DNA from: an uncultured Planctomycetales bacterium
GTDB taxonomy: Bacteria; Omnitrophota; Gorgyraeia; Zapsychrales; Fredricksoniimonadaceae
NCBI GenBank assembly: GCA_964520655.1
Contig: CAZFNI010000007.1
Location: forward strand, 6,398-70,397
Direction of reading: 5' to 3'
DNA length: 64,000 bases
Under the pieces are notes generated by a model. It made no database searches, was not told the origin of the DNA, and was given only the letters and a program-made list of their open reading frames with translations. A program made the position numbers and the translations under genes. Within the stretch, counting starts at the first letter, position 1. The number at the start of each line of letters is the position of its first letter. Of the stretch, positions 60,829-64,000 are shown piece after piece.

Positions 60829-61731
60829 ATGAGCCTGGTTGTGTTAGGGACAGTGGCATTAGATCATGTGAAGACCCCTTCCGGCAGCAAAAAGGATATG
60901 TTAGGCGGGTCCGCCGCGCATTTTTCCATGAGCGCGCGCCTGTTCACGCCCGTGCATTTGGTGGCGGTCGTCGGGAAAGATTTCCCGGTCAGGCATCTGG
61001 ACTTCTTAAAGCGCAAAGGGGTTGACCTGACGTCCTTGATGATCGGCAGCGGGAAGACCTTCCGCTGGTCGGGGGAATATAAGAAGGGTGATCTCAACAC
61101 CGCACTTACGCTTGGGACGGAGCTTGGCGTTCTGGAGAATTATGTCCCAACCATCGCCGACCACCAGAAACACATGCCGAACTTATTTTTGGCGAATTTC
61201 GACCCGGATCTGCAGATGAAGCTCATTGGCCAGCTGAGATCTCCGAAGTTGATCGGTTTAGACAGCATGAATCTGTGGATCAATATCAAATTAAAATCGC
61301 TTAAAAAGCTGATCAGGCAGGTGCATTTGTTCGTTGCCAATGACAGCGAGGCCAGAGCCTTGACGGGTGAGCATAATCTGATCATGGCCGCCAAAGCCAT
61401 TGCCGCCATGGGGCCTAAGATGGTCGTGATCAAAAAAGGCGAGCACGGGGTATTGTTTTACAGCAAAAGCTTTATGTTCGCTTTTCCCGCTTATCCGGTC
61501 ACTAAGGTCGTTGATCCGACGGGCGCGGGGGATACCTTTGCCGGCGGGCTGATGGGGTATTTAAGCCGGGTCAATAAGGTCGACGAGAGGTCGTTGCGCA
61601 AAGCGCTCTTATATGCCACCACCGTTGCTTCATTTAACGTGGAAGGTTTTGGTATGGCCAAAACGGCGCCGCTGACGATGAAAGATGTCGAGGAACGCAT
61701 GAAACATTTAGTGAAATTCTTCAGTGTGTGA
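60829..61731 (+). CDS. PfkB-family (ribokinase-like) carbohydrate kinase
   Basis: N-terminal GTVALDHV...GGSAAHF, and the signature VVDPTGAGDTFAGGLMGYL. Confidence 0.8.
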   Translation: MSLVVLGTVALDHVKTPSGSKKDMLGGSAAHFSMSARLFTPVHLVAVVGKDFPVRHLDFLKRKGVDLTSLMIGSGKTFRWSGEYKKGDLNTALTLGTELGVLENYVPTIADHQKHMPNLFLANFDPDLQMKLIGQLRSPKLIGLDSMNLWINIKLKSLKKLIRQVHLFVANDSEARALTGEHNLIMAAKAIAAMGPKMVVIKKGEHGVLFYSKSFMFAFPAYPVTKVVDPTGAGDTFAGGLMGYLSRVNKVDERSLRKALLYATTVASFNVEGFGMAKTAPLTMKDVEERMKHLVKFFSV

Positions 61732-62005
61732 TATGGAACATATGACTTTAATCGAAAAGATCGGTATCGCGGGCTCCATCGGCCTGCCGTTATGGAATAT
61801 CCCGCTGATCATCAATATTTGCCGCCGGCGCTCCTCAGCGGACCTCTCCGCCAGCTGGCTGATCGGGGTGTGGGTCTGCTCGCTGTTGATGCTGCCCAAC
61901 GGGCTTTTGTCCAAGGATGTGGTCTTAAAAGTGTTTAGCATCGTTAACATAACTTTATTTTCAGGGGTGGTGATCGTTGCCTTCAAATACCGTCAAAAAA
62001 AGTAA
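61724..62005 (+). CDS. Small 3-TM membrane protein (possibly PQ-loop/SemiSWEET-like)
   Basis: About 90 aa with three hydrophobic segments (IGIAGSIGLPLWNIPLIINI, WLIGVWVCSLLMLPNGLL, VLKVFSIVNITLFSGVVIVAF). The family assignment is tentative, and the start may be ATG 61733. Confidence 0.4.
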   Translation: MCDMEHMTLIEKIGIAGSIGLPLWNIPLIINICRRRSSADLSASWLIGVWVCSLLMLPNGLLSKDVVLKVFSIVNITLFSGVVIVAFKYRQKK

Positions 62006-62927
62006 ACTCTTAAAAAGCGGCATTGTCAGTATCGTCGGCCGTCCCAATGTGGGCAAGTCGACGTTGGTCAACGCCATCATTGGCGAGAAGATCTCGATCG
62101 TCTCTGATATACCCCAGACCACCCGCCAGCAGATCAGGGGTATCTATACGGATGAGCGCGGGCAGATCGTGTTCATTGACACGCCGGGTCTCCATTTGGG
62201 GGGCGATAGCCTGGATAAGTTCATGAGCCGTTCCTCCATGGGGGCGCTGCAGGGCGTCGATGTTGTCATCCATTTGGTCGACAGCAGCGAAGGGGTCGGC
62301 AAGGAAGAGAATTTTGTCGTCAATCAATTAAAGAAATTGAAGGTTCCCATTATCGTGGGGATGAATAAAGTTGATTACAAGCAGGGTAAATGCATCCAGG
62401 AATATATCGAATTGTGGGAACAAGCGACGGGCAAATCGATCCATGAATTAAAGAATTTGACGCTCTTGCCGCTTTCCGCGCTTAAAGGCACCAACGTTGA
62501 GAAATTGATCGAGCTTGTGTTCGAGTTATTGCCCGAAGGGCCGATGTTATATCCGGAGGATGTGATCACTGACCTGCCCCAGCGCCTGGCCATGGCGGAC
62601 TTGGTCAGGGAAAAGTTATTTCAGACCATGCGTGAAGAAGTGCCGCATTCGATCGCGGTCAAGATCGAGCATGTCAGCCCCCGCAAAGGCAAGGTTCTGC
62701 TGATCAAAGCGCTGATCATCGTTGAGCGTGAGACGCAGAAAGAGATCGTGATCGGCAAGAAGGGGGAAGTTCTCAAGAACATCGGTACGGCCGCCCGCGC
62801 GGACTTGGAAGAACTGGTTGGACAGAAAGTGTTCCTGGAGCTCTACGTGAAGACCACGAAGAATTGGCGCGATAATCCATCCGTGCTTGAGGACATGGGC
62901 TATATCTTTGAAGGGGCGGCATGCTAG
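61977..62927 (+). CDS. era: GTPase Era
   Basis: G1 is GRPNVGKST, G2 is PQTTR, G3 is DTPG and G4 is NKVD. The C-terminal KH domain reads VREKLFQTMREEVPHSIAVKIE. Confidence 0.9.
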   Translation: MPSNTVKKSKLLKSGIVSIVGRPNVGKSTLVNAIIGEKISIVSDIPQTTRQQIRGIYTDERGQIVFIDTPGLHLGGDSLDKFMSRSSMGALQGVDVVIHLVDSSEGVGKEENFVVNQLKKLKVPIIVGMNKVDYKQGKCIQEYIELWEQATGKSIHELKNLTLLPLSALKGTNVEKLIELVFELLPEGPMLYPEDVITDLPQRLAMADLVREKLFQTMREEVPHSIAVKIEHVSPRKGKVLLIKALIIVERETQKEIVIGKKGEVLKNIGTAARADLEELVGQKVFLELYVKTTKNWRDNPSVLEDMGYIFEGAAC

Positions 62928-63580
62928 ACAATGCCCGCATGGGCACCGCGATCGGACGTTTAAAGCGGGCCATGCGCGATCTGCCTGATCCTTCTGTCAC
63001 ACTCGTTGGTAAAAAGTTCAAAAGTCCATTCCTTGTCCTGATATCCTGTCTGCTTTCCTTAAGAACAAAAGATACAACGACCCTTCCGGTATGCGAACGT
63101 TTATTCCCACAGGCGGATACGATCGACGCGTTCTTGAAATTGACGCCGGGGCAATTGGAGAAGCTGATCTATCCGGTCGGTTTTTATAAGACAAAAGCCC
63201 GCACCATTTTGGATATTTGCCGTGACCTTAAGGCGCGTTTTGGATCCCAAGTCCCTTCAACCCTCGAGGAGTTATTGACGCTCAAAGGGGTGGGGCGCAA
63301 GACCGCGAATCTGGTGCTGACCGAAGGTTTCGGCAAGCCGGGCATGTGCGTGGACACGCATGTGCACCGCATTTCTAATCGTTTGGGATATGTAGATACG
63401 AGAAGTCCTGAAGAAACAGAATTTGCTTTAAGAAAAAAATTGCCCCGTCAATATTGGATTGAGTATAATGCTTTGTTGGTCACCTGGGGACAGAATGTCT
63501 GCGCCCCGGTCTCGCCAAAGTGCAGTGTGTGTCCGGTATCGGATATCTGTTTACGCAGAGGAGTGACAAAGAGCCGATGA
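62921..63580 (+). CDS. nth: Endonuclease III (HhH-GPD DNA glycosylase with a 4Fe-4S cluster)
   Basis: Motifs: LISCLLSLRTKD, LKGVGRKTANLVL, VDTHVHRISNRLG, and CAPVSPKCSVCPVSDIC (C-x6-C-x2-C-x5-C). The start may be ATG 62938. Confidence 0.85.
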   Translation: MLDNARMGTAIGRLKRAMRDLPDPSVTLVGKKFKSPFLVLISCLLSLRTKDTTTLPVCERLFPQADTIDAFLKLTPGQLEKLIYPVGFYKTKARTILDICRDLKARFGSQVPSTLEELLTLKGVGRKTANLVLTEGFGKPGMCVDTHVHRISNRLGYVDTRSPEETEFALRKKLPRQYWIEYNALLVTWGQNVCAPVSPKCSVCPVSDICLRRGVTKSR

Positions 63581-64000
63581 AGCTTTTTCTATATTTCTCA
63601 CATTTGATCGGGATGGATGTGTTGGACTCCAAAGGCGAGTACTTAGGGGCCCTGCATGACCTGATCATGAACCCTCATGGGGACATTTATCCTCGCGCCA
63701 CCGACCTGATCGTCACCACCCGCCAAATGCGCAAGCAGTACGCGTTGATCAGATGGGAGGATGTTGTTTATATTGAAGATGAGATCCGATTAAAGATCGA
63801 GGGGGATAAGGTTGAATTCCATCCCGAGCCGGTCAAGACGGACTTTACCTTGCGCCGGGACATACTGGACCAGCAGGTCGTGGACACTGATGACCAGCGT
63901 GTTGTGCGTGTCAATGACATTCATTTGCTCAGAGTTGAGAATCAGCTCTATGCCGCCCATGTGGATGTCGGTTTGCGCGCGCTGGTGCGACGTCTGGGAT
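63577..64000 (+). CDS. PRC-barrel-domain protein, partial; resembles the N-terminal region of MgtE-type magnesium transporter relatives. Runs off the right window edge.
   Basis: Not in the ORF track because there is no stop in the window. ATGA overlap with the nth stop. It reads MKLFLYFSHLIGMDVLDSKGEYLGALHDLIMNPHGDIYPRATDLIV.......FTLRRDILDQQVVDTDDQRVVRVNDIHLLRVENQLYAAHVDVGLRALVRRLG and is open to base 64000. Confidence 0.55.
   Translation, partial: MKLFLYFSHLIGMDVLDSKGEYLGALHDLIMNPHGDIYPRATDLIVTTRQMRKQYALIRWEDVVYIEDEIRLKIEGDKVEFHPEPVKTDFTLRRDILDQQVVDTDDQRVVRVNDIHLLRVENQLYAAHVDVGLRALVRRLG

Noticed and set aside
1-64000. CRISPR arrays, tRNA/rRNA genes, and insertion sequences, integrases or prophage genes
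   Set aside because: Scanning intergenic spaces and ORF translations showed no direct-repeat/spacer arrays. No gap outside the annotated ones is long enough to hold an RNA gene. No transposase-, integrase- or phage-like motifs appeared, and I noticed no terminal inverted repeats bracketing the array. The only DNA repeats are in-frame coding repeats.

Overview
This window looks like compact bacterial DNA. Genes are tightly packed, many start and stop codons overlap, Shine-Dalgarno-like sites are present, and I found no rRNA, tRNA, CRISPR array, transposase or integrase. It has three parts. (1) 533-4887 holds two secreted, very cysteine-rich repeat proteins. They carry thrombospondin-type-1-like (WxxWxxC...CGxG...RxC) modules and ADAMTS-like 'D.CGVCGG.G..C' modules. 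(2) 4945-50445 is a single-strand (+) gene array of about 45 kb with 27 ORFs and almost no intergenic space. Fifteen of these ORFs are large polytopic membrane proteins from only three paralogous families. Family A is ArnT/PMT-like (4 copies, plus a fifth divergent copy on the - strand at 1-412 that the ORF track misses). Family B is YfhO-like (5 copies). Family C is a family I cannot place (6 loci, one split and one truncated); three times it alternates with family B as a C-B two-gene cassette. Interleaved with these are a membrane-fused spermidine-synthase-like protein, an LtaS-like sulfatase, an SGNH hydrolase, an FkbM methyltransferase, a GT2-like/SAM-methyltransferase fusion, and an FAD oxidoreductase, SDR, AsnB and GMC oxidoreductase block. 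A 46-nt palindromic hairpin closes the array. I read this as an unusually expanded extracytoplasmic (lipid-carrier dependent) glycosylation or envelope-polymer system. Its family C component and its C-B pairing look undescribed. (3) 50530-64000 is mostly housekeeping: tRNA-binding protein, GT2, YkgJ, DUF2156, DnaQ-like exonuclease, pabB/pabC, an Lrp-domain protein with an aminotransferase, TPR, YjbQ, PfkB kinase, era, nth, and a PRC-barrel protein. This part also contains a strongly signalled small Cys-rich secreted peptide gene followed by an HTTM/SdpB-like membrane protein. All functional calls come from motifs read by eye in the translations. No database search was run.
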